Assembly: GCA_963776245.1 (NCBI GenBank)
Contig: CAVZLN010000009.1
Span: 1-64,000 of the forward strand
Reading direction: 5' to 3'
DNA: 64,000 nt
Source: Candidatus Eiseniibacteriota bacterium
Lineage (GTDB): Bacteria > Eisenbacteria > RBG-16-71-46
Below, in pieces: positions 31,915-42,155 of this stretch. Under the pieces are notes generated by a model. The model worked only from the letters and a program-made list of their open reading frames with translations, was not told the origin of the DNA and ran no database searches. The translations under genes and the position numbers were made by a program. Numbering within the stretch: position 1 is the stretch's first letter; every line of letters starts with the position of its first letter.

Positions 31915-32838
31915 GTGTCGAAGCCGCAGGATCGGACCACCGGGCGTGGCGTGAAGCCCCGTCCGGTCGAGCGCATCGAGGACTACCATCGGGGCGCCTT
32001 CCAGGCGATGGCCAGTCCCTGCGAATTGCTCGTCGACAGTGAAGAGGGCGCCGGGGTCGCTGCGCTGCTCCAGCTCGTCGAGACCGAGACCCTCCGCATC
32101 GAGCGCAAGTTCAGCCGCTACCGCAGCGACAACATCGTCCACCGCATCAACCACGCGGGCGGCAGCCCGGTCGCCGTCGACGCCGAGACCGCCTCGCTCA
32201 TCGACTACGGCGCGACCTGCCACGAGATGTCCGGGGGCCGCTTCGACATCACGTCGGGCGCATTGCGCCGGATCTGGCGGTTCGACGGGAGCGACCGCGT
32301 CCCCGATGAAGCCGCCGTGCGCGAGGTGCTCCAGCACGTCGGCTGGCATCGGGTGCGCTGGGAGGAGGGCACGCTTACGATGCCGGCGGGGATGGAGATC
32401 GACCTCGGGGGGATCGGCAAGGAGTACGCGGTCGACCGTGCGGCCGCCGTCCTGGCGGCGCGGACCTCGGCGGCGTTCCTCGTCAACTTCGGCGGCGACC
32501 TGTTCGCCAGCGGCGCGCGCCGCGGCGGCCGGCCGTGGATCGCGGGCGTGGACGACCCCGATCGCACCGGCGACGCGGCGCTCTACCGCATCGAGTTCGA
32601 GCGCGGCGGTCTGGCGACGAGCGGGGACGCCCGCCGGTTCGTGCGCTGGAAGGGCCGCCGTCTCGGGCACATCCTCGACCCGCGCACCGGCTGGCCGGTG
32701 GAGGACGCTCCGCGTTCGGTGACGGTGCTGGCGGGCGGCTGCATCGAGGCCGGCACGCTCTCCACCCTCGCGTATCTGCGCGGTCCCGGCGCCGCAGCGT
32801 TCCTCGAGGCCGAGGGCGTCCAGCACTGGATCCTGTGA
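31915..32838 (+). CDS. apbE: FAD:protein FMN transferase ApbE
   Basis: FSRYR, FDITSG, DLGGIGKEYAVD, ATSGD, HILDPRTGWP. Confidence 0.92.
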   Translation: MSKPQDRTTGRGVKPRPVERIEDYHRGAFQAMASPCELLVDSEEGAGVAALLQLVETETLRIERKFSRYRSDNIVHRINHAGGSPVAVDAETASLIDYGATCHEMSGGRFDITSGALRRIWRFDGSDRVPDEAAVREVLQHVGWHRVRWEEGTLTMPAGMEIDLGGIGKEYAVDRAAAVLAARTSAAFLVNFGGDLFASGARRGGRPWIAGVDDPDRTGDAALYRIEFERGGLATSGDARRFVRWKGRRLGHILDPRTGWPVEDAPRSVTVLAGGCIEAGTLSTLAYLRGPGAAAFLEAEGVQHWIL

Positions 32839-32905
32839 GCCGCGCGATCGTCCGCGTGACTGCGGCGCCCCGTGCCGCTCGCCGGCACGCGCAGTATGGA
32901 AGCGG

Positions 32906-33835
32906 CTAGCGCTTCGCCTGCGGCGGGCCGAGGTGGATCGTGAAGGTCTGCACCGCCTCGCCACCCTTCCCGTCGCTCGCGCGGATGCCAACCGCGTATT
33001 CGCCACCGGCCGACCCACGGGGAGGCAGCGACCAGTCGAGGGCCCCCTGCGGATCGATGGTCATGCCCTCGGGCGCGCTGGACAACTCGTAGCGCAGCGG
33101 ATCGCCGTCCGGATCGACCGCGACCGCCACGTAGTGGAACGCCACGTCGCCGGCGCGCGGCGCGGGCGGCTGCGACGTGAACTGCGGCGGGCGATTGTCG
33201 AGTTCCAGCTGGTCACTGCGCACCGGGGGAGATTCCGCCTCACCATCGGAGGCCACGACCTCGACGGCGATGCGGTCACCGCGGCCGAGGCCGCCGGCCG
33301 GCAGGCTCTCGCCGGCCGCGTCCTTGATGCGGTTGCCGTTGCGGAACCACTGGTAGGCGTACGTGGTGCTGTCCCCGTCCGGGTCCGCGCAGTCCACGCG
33401 CGCCTGGAGTTCCGCGCCGGCGGGCGTGGTGGCCATCACGAGCGTGGCGCGCGTGACCTTGGGCGGGGAGTTCGCGACCCGGGCTTCCGCGCCCAGCATC
33501 CGCGCCTTCCCTCCCGTCGGATCCACGATGGTCACGGCCACCGCGATGCGGTCGCCCTTCGAGAACCCGGAGGGCTCGAGACTGCCGCCCCGGGCGTCCG
33601 CGATCACGGTCCCGTTGCGACGCCATTCGAACTGACACTTCGCGGGGTCCAGCGACGGGTCGTCGAGGACCACCGTGATGCGCGAAGCCGCGAACGGCGG
33701 GTCCGGAGCAAGGCGCACCCCGGCGCTCGCGCTCGGGCCTCCCTGCGCCGGCCTGCCGGCCGACGAGGAGCACCCGCTCGCGAGCAGCACGCACGCGATC
33801 GCGCCCAATCCCCACCACCTCATGGCGCGCGTCAT
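32906..33835 (-). CDS. Lipoprotein with Ig-like/cadherin-like repeats
   Basis: LASGC lipobox, repeated DPDGD...Y.W.RNG, NRPPQFTS, He_PIG-like end. Confidence 0.8.
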   Translation of the reverse strand: MTRAMRWWGLGAIACVLLASGCSSSAGRPAQGGPSASAGVRLAPDPPFAASRITVVLDDPSLDPAKCQFEWRRNGTVIADARGGSLEPSGFSKGDRIAVAVTIVDPTGGKARMLGAEARVANSPPKVTRATLVMATTPAGAELQARVDCADPDGDSTTYAYQWFRNGNRIKDAAGESLPAGGLGRGDRIAVEVVASDGEAESPPVRSDQLELDNRPPQFTSQPPAPRAGDVAFHYVAVAVDPDGDPLRYELSSAPEGMTIDPQGALDWSLPPRGSAGGEYAVGIRASDGKGGEAVQTFTIHLGPPQAKR

Positions 33836-33868
33836 CGGTCGGACCCCGTCTTCGTCACCGGGCCGCGC

Positions 33869-34288
33869 CTACTGCGGCCTGGATTCGTCGGCGACGCGAA
33901 CCTGATCGCTCGGCTCGGTGACCACCGCGCGGACATAGGTGCCAGGGCGGATCACGACGCTGTAGACCATCATGGAACTGCCCGACTTGAGCCCCGAGAG
34001 CCAGACCATGCGATCGCTGACCACCGTGCCCAACGGGAGGACGCCCCGATCGATCTCGTAGACCAGCGCGTCGGTCGACAGCGTATAGCCGACCCCGTCC
34101 ATCCAGATCTCCCCGTTGAGGACCCCGGAGAAGTCCCCCGACGTCGAGAAGGTCTCGGACCGCAGCAGCGGGCCCGCCTTGCCGAGCGGCCTGGCCTTGC
34201 TCTTGGCGGCACCGGCCGCGGACGCGAGGCTCCCCACCAGCGCGAGGACCAGCGCGAGCCTCAGGGCGATGCCGAATCGATCACGCAT
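33869..34288 (-). CDS. Exported hypothetical protein in the pilus operon
   Basis: GAGGAG RBS after the pilY1 stop, signal peptide. Confidence 0.65.
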   Translation of the reverse strand: MRDRFGIALRLALVLALVGSLASAAGAAKSKARPLGKAGPLLRSETFSTSGDFSGVLNGEIWMDGVGYTLSTDALVYEIDRGVLPLGTVVSDRMVWLSGLKSGSSMMVYSVVIRPGTYVRAVVTEPSDQVRVADESRPQ

Positions 34289-34302
34289 GATGTTCTCTCC
34301 TC

Positions 34303-37020
34303 TCAGTTCCACTTCTGGCGCCACGAACGCACCATGAGCTTCTTGAGCCCGGCATTGATGTTGTGCGTCAACAGCACCGCGTTGGAGGACTGCAGGATGA
34401 GCGCCTCGTTCACGAGGTCGACCGACGGGTCGGCGAGGATCCCGTCGCCCATGGACTCGACGCGGCCCGCCGTGGTGTTGTTCTCGGTGCCGTTGGCGTT
34501 GTCCGGCGCGGAACCGTCCTTGTAGTCGAGCGAGTAGAGCCAGGACTGCCCGCCGCCGCTGCACGCGTCCGCGTTCGGGAGGAACGACGGCAGGTAGAGC
34601 GTCCCGGCGATCAGCGCCGCGCTGCGGGTCACGCGTTCGCCGGCGTGCTCGACGAGGTTCACGTACCAGCCGCGCTTGGTGCTGGTCACGGCCTGGATGG
34701 TCGAGGACTGGTCCACCAGGCTGGACAGCGAGACCGTCGCGCCCGTGCCGTCGTCGATGATGCCGTAGATCGTCTGGGTGGCGGTGTTCGACACGTCCGA
34801 GGCCTGCAGGTACTGGCCGGTGCCGAAGAAGATCATCGGGCGGCCCAGTTCGTCCATGGTCAGGACCGGGGCGGCCTGGATGGGCTTCCCGCAGTTGAAC
34901 AGCAGGGTGACGGTCCACGGATTGACCCGGAGGTTCACGCGCCAGAGACGTCCGGTGAGGTCGCCGAGGTAGAGGAGGTCGTCGTAGCCGTCGAAGTCCG
35001 TGTCGATCGCCGTCCCCTTCGTGGTCTTGTTGCCCGCGACCGGCGAACCGAGCGCGAGGGTGGAGAGCACCGACCCGTTGGCGGGATCGATGACGAGGAG
35101 GTTGGCCTGGGCGGACACCGCGCTGAGTCCGGTGCCGACCGCGAGCACCTGCCGGTTGAGCGTGCGGTCGCGGACCAGCGTCGGCGGGTTCCACGAGCCA
35201 TTGAGCGCCGGGATGTCGACGTCCCAGAGCAGGCTGATCTGGTTCGCGGCCGGGTTCGTGACGTCGAGCGCGAACAGGCCGCTGCCGCCCCGCTCCTCCC
35301 CGCCGATGAGGACCGTCTTCCACTGGCCGCCCACGTACATGTCGTACGCCACCGGCGTCAGGTTGACGAAGTACTCGTGGCAATACGACGTGCTCATCAG
35401 GTCCTTGCAGCTTCGGCAGCTGGTTCTTCGGGACGTAGGCCCACTGCTCGGTACCGTCGGTGGCGTCGAAGCAGTGCAGCATGCCGTCGTTGGCGCCGAC
35501 GTACAGGACCTCGGCTCGGCTCAGGTTGGCCGCACGGAACTCCGCGTACCCGGGCAGCCGATTCAGCCCCGTCGGCTTGCCGAGCATGAGCGGCGAGGAG
35601 TCCACGATGTCACCCAGGCTCCATCCCGCACGATCGCGGGTCCCGGAGACGGCGCTGCCGCGGGTGTAGTTGATGATGTTCGTGGCCTGCGCGACGTCCG
35701 CGGCCCCGAGCGGCGTGACCAGGCTCGCGGCGTTGGTGGTCGTCAGCGGGAGGAGACTGGTCCCGGTCGTCGAGGTGAGGATGGTCCGCGTGCTGGGATC
35801 GCGGCCGACCAGCATGCTGCCCGCCTCCCAGAGCGAGCGTCGCCCGCGTGGTACGGCAGGTTGAACGCCTCGACGAAACCGCGCCAGGTCTGCGACTCGT
35901 ATCGCGCCCGGTACAGCCGGTTGTTGGTGCGGTCCTCGGCCGAGACCACCGAGACCGCCGAGCCGGCCGAGATGCGGGCCTCGATCGCGATGAAGGCCTC
36001 GCTCGAGCGCGACCGCCAAGCCCCGCGGGGTTGCTCACGCTGAAGTACGCGCCGCCGCCCTCGTCCGCGGTGAGCTGCAGGATGGGCGCGTTGAGGTTGA
36101 AGCCGATCACGAACGTCGCCACGTTCTGGATGCCGTCCAGGTCGGCGCGCAGGTCGTTCCGGTACAGGTAGGCCGCCACGTCGTCCAGGTAATGCGAGCA
36201 GTTGTAGCTGTTCGGGTACGGGGCCCCGAGGCTGGTGCACGTCCCGGGGTCCTTGCCGTCGCCGTTGACGTCCTGCAGGTAGGCGGGGACGTTCAGGTCC
36301 TTGGTCGGATAGCCGTCGGTGACGATGACGATGAACGACTTCTGGCAGGACGCCTTGATCGGGCGCCGAGGTGTCGGCCCGCTGGTAGTAGTTCAGCGCG
36401 GTGACCATGCTTTCCGCGAGCGGCGTCCACGAATCCGCGGCGATCCGACCAACCTGGGTCTGGAGCGTCGCGATCGGGGTGCCCATGGGCGAGACCAGGT
36501 GGCCGCCATTGTCGTTGTTGAAGTCCATCAGCGCCGAACCGCACGCTGGTGCTGGTCGCGAGCACCGTGTTCACCGCCTGCTTCGCCACCTGGATGCGCG
36601 TCACCGTGGGGATCGCGGCGCGCTGCGCCGAAGTCGCGTTGAAGAAGATCCAGTTGAGGTAGTTGCCGTCGTACTGGCCGCGCCTGGCCGTTGTCGCTGT
36701 TGACCAGGTACGCGGTCGGCGTGGTCGGCCCACTTGTTGTTGAAGACTCGCGGCGTGTAGGTGCCGTCCTTGGAGATGTTGTAGGTAGTTGCCCTTCGTG
36801 AAGTTGCCCGAGTAGGTCGTGCCGGGGTTGTAGGCGTCGGAGCAGATGGCCTCGTTCATGCTCCCCGAGTTGTCGAGGAGGATCAGGACGTTGGCCTCTG
36901 CCGCCGCCGTGGCTGATGACGAGGGGCACGTCACAGGTGGTGGCGCGGGCAAGGCCGCCCGGCCGATCGACACGGCCGCCATGACGCAGCCGAGCCGAGT
37001 GCTGGATCGCGACGTCGCAT
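34303..37020 (-). CDS. pilY1: PilY1/PilC-family type IV pilus adhesin with vWA-like N-domain (multiple frameshifts)
   Basis: NVLILLDNSGSM, WTPLAES, LGDIVDSSP, YVGANDGMLHCF, E.WAYVP, YLGDLTGRLWR, GWY, SWRQ segments across frames. Confidence 0.88.
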
Positions 37021-37022
37021 GA

Positions 37023-37506
37023 TCAGTAGCCCTCCCGGTACAGCCGCGTGGCGGACGACCTCGATGGCGGCTTCCGACTGCTGCGCGCTCGCGCCCCTTT
37101 GCCTTGACCCGGTACTCGTAGTCCTTGTATTCGACGCTCCAGCCCGGCCGGAAGCGCCGGCGCATGTACTGCACGTCGTACCGATAGCGGCTGTCGGTGG
37201 CTCAGCGGTCGTGTAGGCCGTCGACACATAGACGTGGCTCAGCGAGTCCACCAGCGGCGGCGGGCTGTATTCGCGCTGCAGCCAGTTGACCCCGGCCTCG
37301 CTCGCGGCGTCGGCGGAGTAGAAGGAGCGGGTGTTCGAGTACTCGGAGAGCGCCGTGCGCTTCTCGGACGCGACGATCGCGATGACGACCATGGCGAGCA
37401 CGGTGAGCACGGCGAGCACGCCGAGCACCAGCACCATCGCGGCTCCGCGTTCGCTGGCCGTTCGTGGGGTCATGGTCGGCATCCTCCTCATGACATCCTG
37501 AGACAT
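37023..37506 (-). CDS. PilX-like minor pilin (frameshifted)
   Basis: ERGAAMVLVL (no E5), SFYSADAASEAG. Confidence 0.75.
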
Positions 37507-37512
37507 CCGCCC

Positions 37513-38104
37513 CTACATGTTGCGGAGCGTGACCCTCGTGGTGAGCGTGATCGGCTGTGAATCGCGGTCCTCGCACGTGATGGTCAGCGCGATGGCGTGC
37601 ACGAGGGCCGCGTCGGCGGCACTCAGCGGCAGGGCGGCCAGCGGCTGGTTCGCCGAGTCGAAGTAGGTGAACCCCATCGCCGTGACGTGCGTGAGCAGCG
37701 GGCTCGCCCCGGAGCCCGGATTCCGGGTGATCACCCGGGCGGTGCTGTCGTAGGCGTACGTGACGTCCTCCGACGGTTCGGCGGTCTGGATCACGCCGTC
37801 GCCGTTCAGGTCCGCGCGCACGTGGAGGGTCTGCGAGTCCGCGCCGACGATCGCGACGATGCCGACCGGCGGGATGCTCGGGTCGGCCCCGGCCTGGCGC
37901 ATCTCCGTCGTCATGAGCGAGATGGTCTGCCGCGCGCCCGCCTGGACCGACGCGCGCTTGACCGTCCTCGACTCCACCCGGCTCGACGACAGCAGGATCG
38001 AGGTCGCGATCAGGATCACGACCCCGAGGATCGCTGATGGCGATCAGCAGCTCGATCAGCGTCATCCCGGAATCGGTCCGGACGCGGCCGCGGGTGCGCC
38101 TCAC
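37513..38104 (-). CDS. PilW-like minor pilin (frameshift near 38035)
   Basis: GMTLIELLIAI N-methylation motif, EMRQAG, VTLRN end. Confidence 0.8.
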
Positions 38105-38112
38105 GTCGCGCC

Positions 38113-38487
38113 TCACCGGGAGGCCACCATGCTGTTGAGCTGCATGGCGAGCGGCACCCCCGCTTCCGACCACGAAACGGTGACGCACACGTGCTTGAGT
38201 CCGACCTGGACCGAATCCACGTCGGTCCGCCAGTTGAACCCGTCGGTCTGACCGGAGTCCGGGACCACGAGTTCGAATCCCACTCCGCGCGTCATCTCGA
38301 CCTGCGCCTGGGCGACCTCGAGGGCGCGGCTCCGCCGGCCGGTCGCGTACACGTCCGAGGAGGACCGCGTCTGCACCCCCGCGAGCGCCAGCACGCCGAC
38401 GGCGAGGATGACCAGGGCGACCATGATCTCGATCAGCGTCATGCCGGCCGTGTCGCGGCCTGCCGGAGGCCGGACTTCGCTAGTCAT
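38113..38487 (-). CDS. PilV-like minor pilin
   Basis: GMTLIEIMVALVILAVGVLAL, VTVSW. Confidence 0.85.
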   Translation of the reverse strand: MTSEVRPPAGRDTAGMTLIEIMVALVILAVGVLALAGVQTRSSSDVYATGRRSRALEVAQAQVEMTRGVGFELVVPDSGQTDGFNWRTDVDSVQVGLKHVCVTVSWSEAGVPLAMQLNSMVASR

Positions 38488-38902
38488 GAGCGACACTCCC
38501 ATTGGCCATGAGTTGCACGCCCTTGGACGCGTGGGCGTCGGCCACCGTGATCGCGACAGGGCTCGCGAGCCCCCAGGGGTAGAACGTGGCCGTGTCGGTC
38601 GCCGCGAGGGTCACCCCGGGCGGCAACTGTCGCGTGCGCATCGTGGCGGCCGGCGACAGACGGTTCACGCTGTAGGCAGCGGACTGGAAGCGGATCTCAT
38701 AGGTCTTGCGCTGCGCGTTGGCGAGCGCGCGGGTCTCGGTGAGGTCCGCCATGAGCGTGTTGGTCGCGCCCTCGAGCCGGCTGGACCGGATGTAGCCGGC
38801 CACCGACGGGGCGGCGATCGCGACGAGGATGCCGAAGATCCCGAGCACGACCACCATCTCGAGCAACGAGAATCCCCGCGCGTCCTGACGTGGTGTCCTC
38901 AT
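38480..38902 (-). CDS. FimT/FimU/GspH-like minor pilin
   Basis: GFSLLEMVVVLGIFGILVAIAAP, L.ADL..TR..A, TFYPWG. Confidence 0.85.
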   Translation of the reverse strand: MRTPRQDARGFSLLEMVVVLGIFGILVAIAAPSVAGYIRSSRLEGATNTLMADLTETRALANAQRKTYEIRFQSAAYSVNRLSPAATMRTRQLPPGVTLAATDTATFYPWGLASPVAITVADAHASKGVQLMANGSVAHD

Positions 38903-38996
38903 GCGAATGACTCCCGAGATGGCGTGAACCGATGCCGGCCTTCCCGGATAGCAATGGCTTCCGGGGGCCGGATGTGGTGCGTCCCATGGCCGTACG

Positions 38997-39012
38997 TGCA
39001 AGTGAGGTGCCA
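38997..39012 (-). promoter_or_regulatory. Sigma54 (RpoN) -24/-12 promoter
   Basis: Minus strand TGGCAC-CTCAC-TTGCA, exact consensus spacing, about 95 nt upstream of the first pilin gene. Confidence 0.75.
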
Positions 39013-39276
39013 GCATCGTCCTGGTGGCGTGGGGCCAGTGATTGCAGCCCCGAGGGGCGCGTCCGGGGCGGGGGGACGGAGTCTGCGGATTGCGGATCGC
39101 ACTCGGGAGGGCGGGCTGCAATGCCGCCGCGTGAGCCGGCGCGGATGCCGGCGCGATCGGTTCTTCCAAGGTGCCCGACGCGACGCTGCAGAATGCGGCT
39201 CCGACCGACCGGCCCTCGCACGCGGACGCATGCGCCGCCGGGCCTCGAGCCGGAACCGCCGCGGCGCGTCCTTCGG

Positions 39277-40599
39277 TCAGCCCCTCGCCGGCCGGCCCAT
39301 CGATCCCGCCACGCGTCCCGCCAGCGCGCGGGCGAGCGCCATCATCGCTGCCGTGCCGTAGATGATGACGAACACGTCCAGCGGAAGGCGGTAACGCGTC
39401 TTCGCCAACACCACCGCGTGGACCGCGGTGTAGGCGAGCGCGAGGAACACCACCAGCACGGACAGCCGGCTCCGGCGCACCGTCCAGATCAACCACGCCG
39501 CGGCGAAGGGCAGCAGCAGCCCGTACGAGAGCATGCTGGCGAGCTTCTCCAGCCCCAGGCGCGGCCGGTCCACGGTCATCGGGGGGACGTAGACGGCCCA
39601 GAAGATCCGCGCCTTGCTCAGCGTCAGACGGAGGAACCGGGGGAGGTCGGCCGCGATGTACTCCAGGCCGCGGCTGGAGAAGGAACGGTCCTTCGACACC
39701 TCGCCCTTGACGTGGAACCAGATGCGATCGGCCTCGTCCGACATGCCGGGCAGATTCATGCGGTTCCCGGTGGCGGCCTGGATCCCCGGGTAGTTCCCGA
39801 GCCACAGGTTGTACCCGCCATTGGTGGAGATGAGCACCGGGTGCCCGAGCACGAGTTGGTTGCGCGCGGTCCACGCGCCCACGATCAGGACCACGGGCAG
39901 CAGGTACACGAACGCGAGCGTCAGCGCGCGGGGCCGCGAGCCGCCCGGTGCCGCGCGCGTGGGCACGCCGTTCCAGACCATCCATGGCGCGAGCAGCAGG
40001 AGCGCCGCGAACGACGACGCGGCGGCCAGTCCCGCCCAGCCGGCAAGCGCGCCGGCGACGGCCGCCGCCGCCGCCGAATCCCGCTCGAGCGCCACCACCA
40101 CCAGCAGCACGCTGCCGGCGACCAGGGCGATCAGCAGGGTGGCCGGGAACATCGCCCCCACGGTGTAGATGAAGAGCGGGTAGAGCGCGGTGGCCAGCGC
40201 GGCGAGACGGGCGCTGTCGCGGTCCGCGACGCGCCGCGCGAGCCCCGCCACCAGCGCCACCGTGCCGGCGCTGATGAGCGCCTGGACGACGCGCACCGCG
40301 GTGACGTTCACGCCGAACAGCGCGTACACGATGGCCAGCAGGAACGGATACCCGGGGGGCCAGAACGCCGAGGGATGGCCGTTGGCGTCCGAATAGGTGC
40401 CGTGCTGCACCATGCCGGTGGCGATGCGGGAGTACTGCTCGCCGTCGTACCAGTAGATGCGCGGCTCGAGGGTGAGCACGTACCCGATCCGGACCAGCAG
40501 CGCCAGCAGGCATGCCAGCGCCACGAAGTGCGCCTGGCGCTCCGGCCACAACAGCCGCAGGAACGCGTTGCGCGGTCGGTCCGCCGGGGCCGGGCTCAC
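39277..40599 (-). CDS. GT-C (ArnT/PMT, family 39-like) glycosyltransferase
   Basis: DGEQY, PPGYPFLLA, W.ARN, STNGGYNLWLGN, RYRLP; multi-TM. Confidence 0.85.
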   Translation of the reverse strand: MSPAPADRPRNAFLRLLWPERQAHFVALACLLALLVRIGYVLTLEPRIYWYDGEQYSRIATGMVQHGTYSDANGHPSAFWPPGYPFLLAIVYALFGVNVTAVRVVQALISAGTVALVAGLARRVADRDSARLAALATALYPLFIYTVGAMFPATLLIALVAGSVLLVVVALERDSAAAAAVAGALAGWAGLAAASSFAALLLLAPWMVWNGVPTRAAPGGSRPRALTLAFVYLLPVVLIVGAWTARNQLVLGHPVLISTNGGYNLWLGNYPGIQAATGNRMNLPGMSDEADRIWFHVKGEVSKDRSFSSRGLEYIAADLPRFLRLTLSKARIFWAVYVPPMTVDRPRLGLEKLASMLSYGLLLPFAAAWLIWTVRRSRLSVLVVFLALAYTAVHAVVLAKTRYRLPLDVFVIIYGTAAMMALARALAGRVAGSMGRPARG

Positions 40600-42155
40600 G
40601 GGCGCCCGTCCGGTCCGCCCGGGCGCGGGGCCGCGATGAACCGGTAGACCGGCATCCGGGTGAATCGCCACTCCTTCTCCTGCGTCATGGTGCGCCGGCA
40701 GAGTCTCAGGAACCGGTCGTCGCGGTCCACCCACCAGCTCTGGCTCTGGACGATCCACACGCGCCGTCTGCCCCGCGCGGTCTCATCGAGCCAGCGCTCG
40801 AGCGCGCCTGCGCGGGTGAAGTCCTCGGTCCGCGGGCGCACGAGCGTCACCGATTCGCGCACATAGTATCGCACCGGCTCGTCGAGGACGTACACGATCA
40901 CCGCGTCTCCGGGCGCGGCCTCGTGGTTCAGCAGCTCGCCCGCGCCGCGCGCGTCCGGTCTCCAGTAGCGCGTGTCGGTGAAGTACTGGACGTCCGCGAA
41001 CAGCATGAGCCCGAGCACCGCCGCGAGGCTGGTCCAGCGCAGGACGGGATGCCGCACCGCCGCCACCCCGAGCGCCAGCAGGATCAGGTAGGGCGCCAGC
41101 GCGAGGATGGCGTACCTCGAGTTGGGCGCTTTCAGGTTCAGCATCGAGAGGCCGGCCATCAGGAGCACCGGGAGCGACACCCACAGCGCGAGCAGCGCGC
41201 GCGCCCGGCGGTCGGCGCGGCGCAGACCGTGGAACGCGAGCGCCGCGAACAGCAGTCCGGCGGGCGCGAGATACCACAGGTGGGGCGTCAGCGCCGCGAA
41301 TCGGTGCAGCTTGAGCTCGTCGGTGGAGGGTCCGATCGAGAGCCCGAGCGAGAAGTTGTAGAAGGTGAACGGGATGCTCGCGAGCCCGGGCGGGGACTCG
41401 CCCTTCACGGCCACCGGGCCGCTCCCTTCCGCTGGCCTCCCGAGATGCAGCGGGCCGGTGGAGGCCGCCCCGGCGATGATCCAGGGCGAGAGCAGCCCCG
41501 CCACCAACACGGCCAGCGCGATCAGCCGCCGCAGCGGGTAGCGCGGCCGCGGTCCGGCGGCCACCAGGTACGCGCCGTCCAGCGCCAGCAGCAGCATCCC
41601 CGCGAGGTTCGCGAGACAGGCCGCCACCGTCGCGACGAGCGCCAGCAGGAAGCTCGCGCGCGTGCGCCGCTCGACGTCGGCGAGGAACGCCGCCACCGCG
41701 AGCAGCCCGAGGTCGAACAGGAGCGCGTAGTTCCGCGCCTCCTGGCTGTACCACAGGTGGAAGGGCGAGCACGCGAGCAGGACCAGCGCGAGCAGGGCCA
41801 CCCGCCGCCCGACCAGCGGGCGCGCGACCCGTTGGAAGAGCACCAGCCCGAGCGCGCCGAGGATCGCGGACAGGGCCCGCACTGCGGCCTCCGACTTGCC
41901 GGCCGCCAGCATCCAGCCCTTGAGCAGGATCAGGTAGAGCGGGCCGTGCACGTTGAGCGCGATGTCGGCGAAGGTCTCCCCACCCATCCCGCTGGCGCTG
42001 CTGACGGAGCGGATCTCGTCGTCCCAGAGACTCTGCTGCCCGAGCGCGAGCAGGCGGAGCGCGCAGCCGGCGGCGATGACGCACAGCACCGCCACGTCCC
42101 ACGACCTCCGCCGCGGGTCGACCGCCGCCCCGCCGGCCGCGGCCCCGGCGCTCAC
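40596..42155 (-). CDS. GT-C (family 39-like) glycosyltransferase
   Basis: SLWDDE, HGPLY, YSQEARNYAL; multi-TM. Confidence 0.85.
   Translation of the reverse strand: MSAGAAAGGAAVDPRRRSWDVAVLCVIAAGCALRLLALGQQSLWDDEIRSVSSASGMGGETFADIALNVHGPLYLILLKGWMLAAGKSEAAVRALSAILGALGLVLFQRVARPLVGRRVALLALVLLACSPFHLWYSQEARNYALLFDLGLLAVAAFLADVERRTRASFLLALVATVAACLANLAGMLLLALDGAYLVAAGPRPRYPLRRLIALAVLVAGLLSPWIIAGAASTGPLHLGRPAEGSGPVAVKGESPPGLASIPFTFYNFSLGLSIGPSTDELKLHRFAALTPHLWYLAPAGLLFAALAFHGLRRADRRARALLALWVSLPVLLMAGLSMLNLKAPNSRYAILALAPYLILLALGVAAVRHPVLRWTSLAAVLGLMLFADVQYFTDTRYWRPDARGAGELLNHEAAPGDAVIVYVLDEPVRYYVRESVTLVRPRTEDFTRAGALERWLDETARGRRRVWIVQSQSWWVDRDDRFLRLCRRTMTQEKEWRFTRMPVYRFIAAPRPGGPDGRP

Noticed and set aside
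34303..38104. Pilus genes as pseudogenes or phase-variable genes
   Set aside because: Many scattered single-base indels with no long repeat tracts, also seen at 1-6.7 kb, 24.2 kb and 61-63 kb, fit low-coverage long-read errors. Reads are needed to be sure.
38925..38995. c-di-GMP-I riboswitch before the pilin operon (GGGACGCA on the minus strand)
   Set aside because: The GGCAAA and GNRA tetraloop elements are missing.
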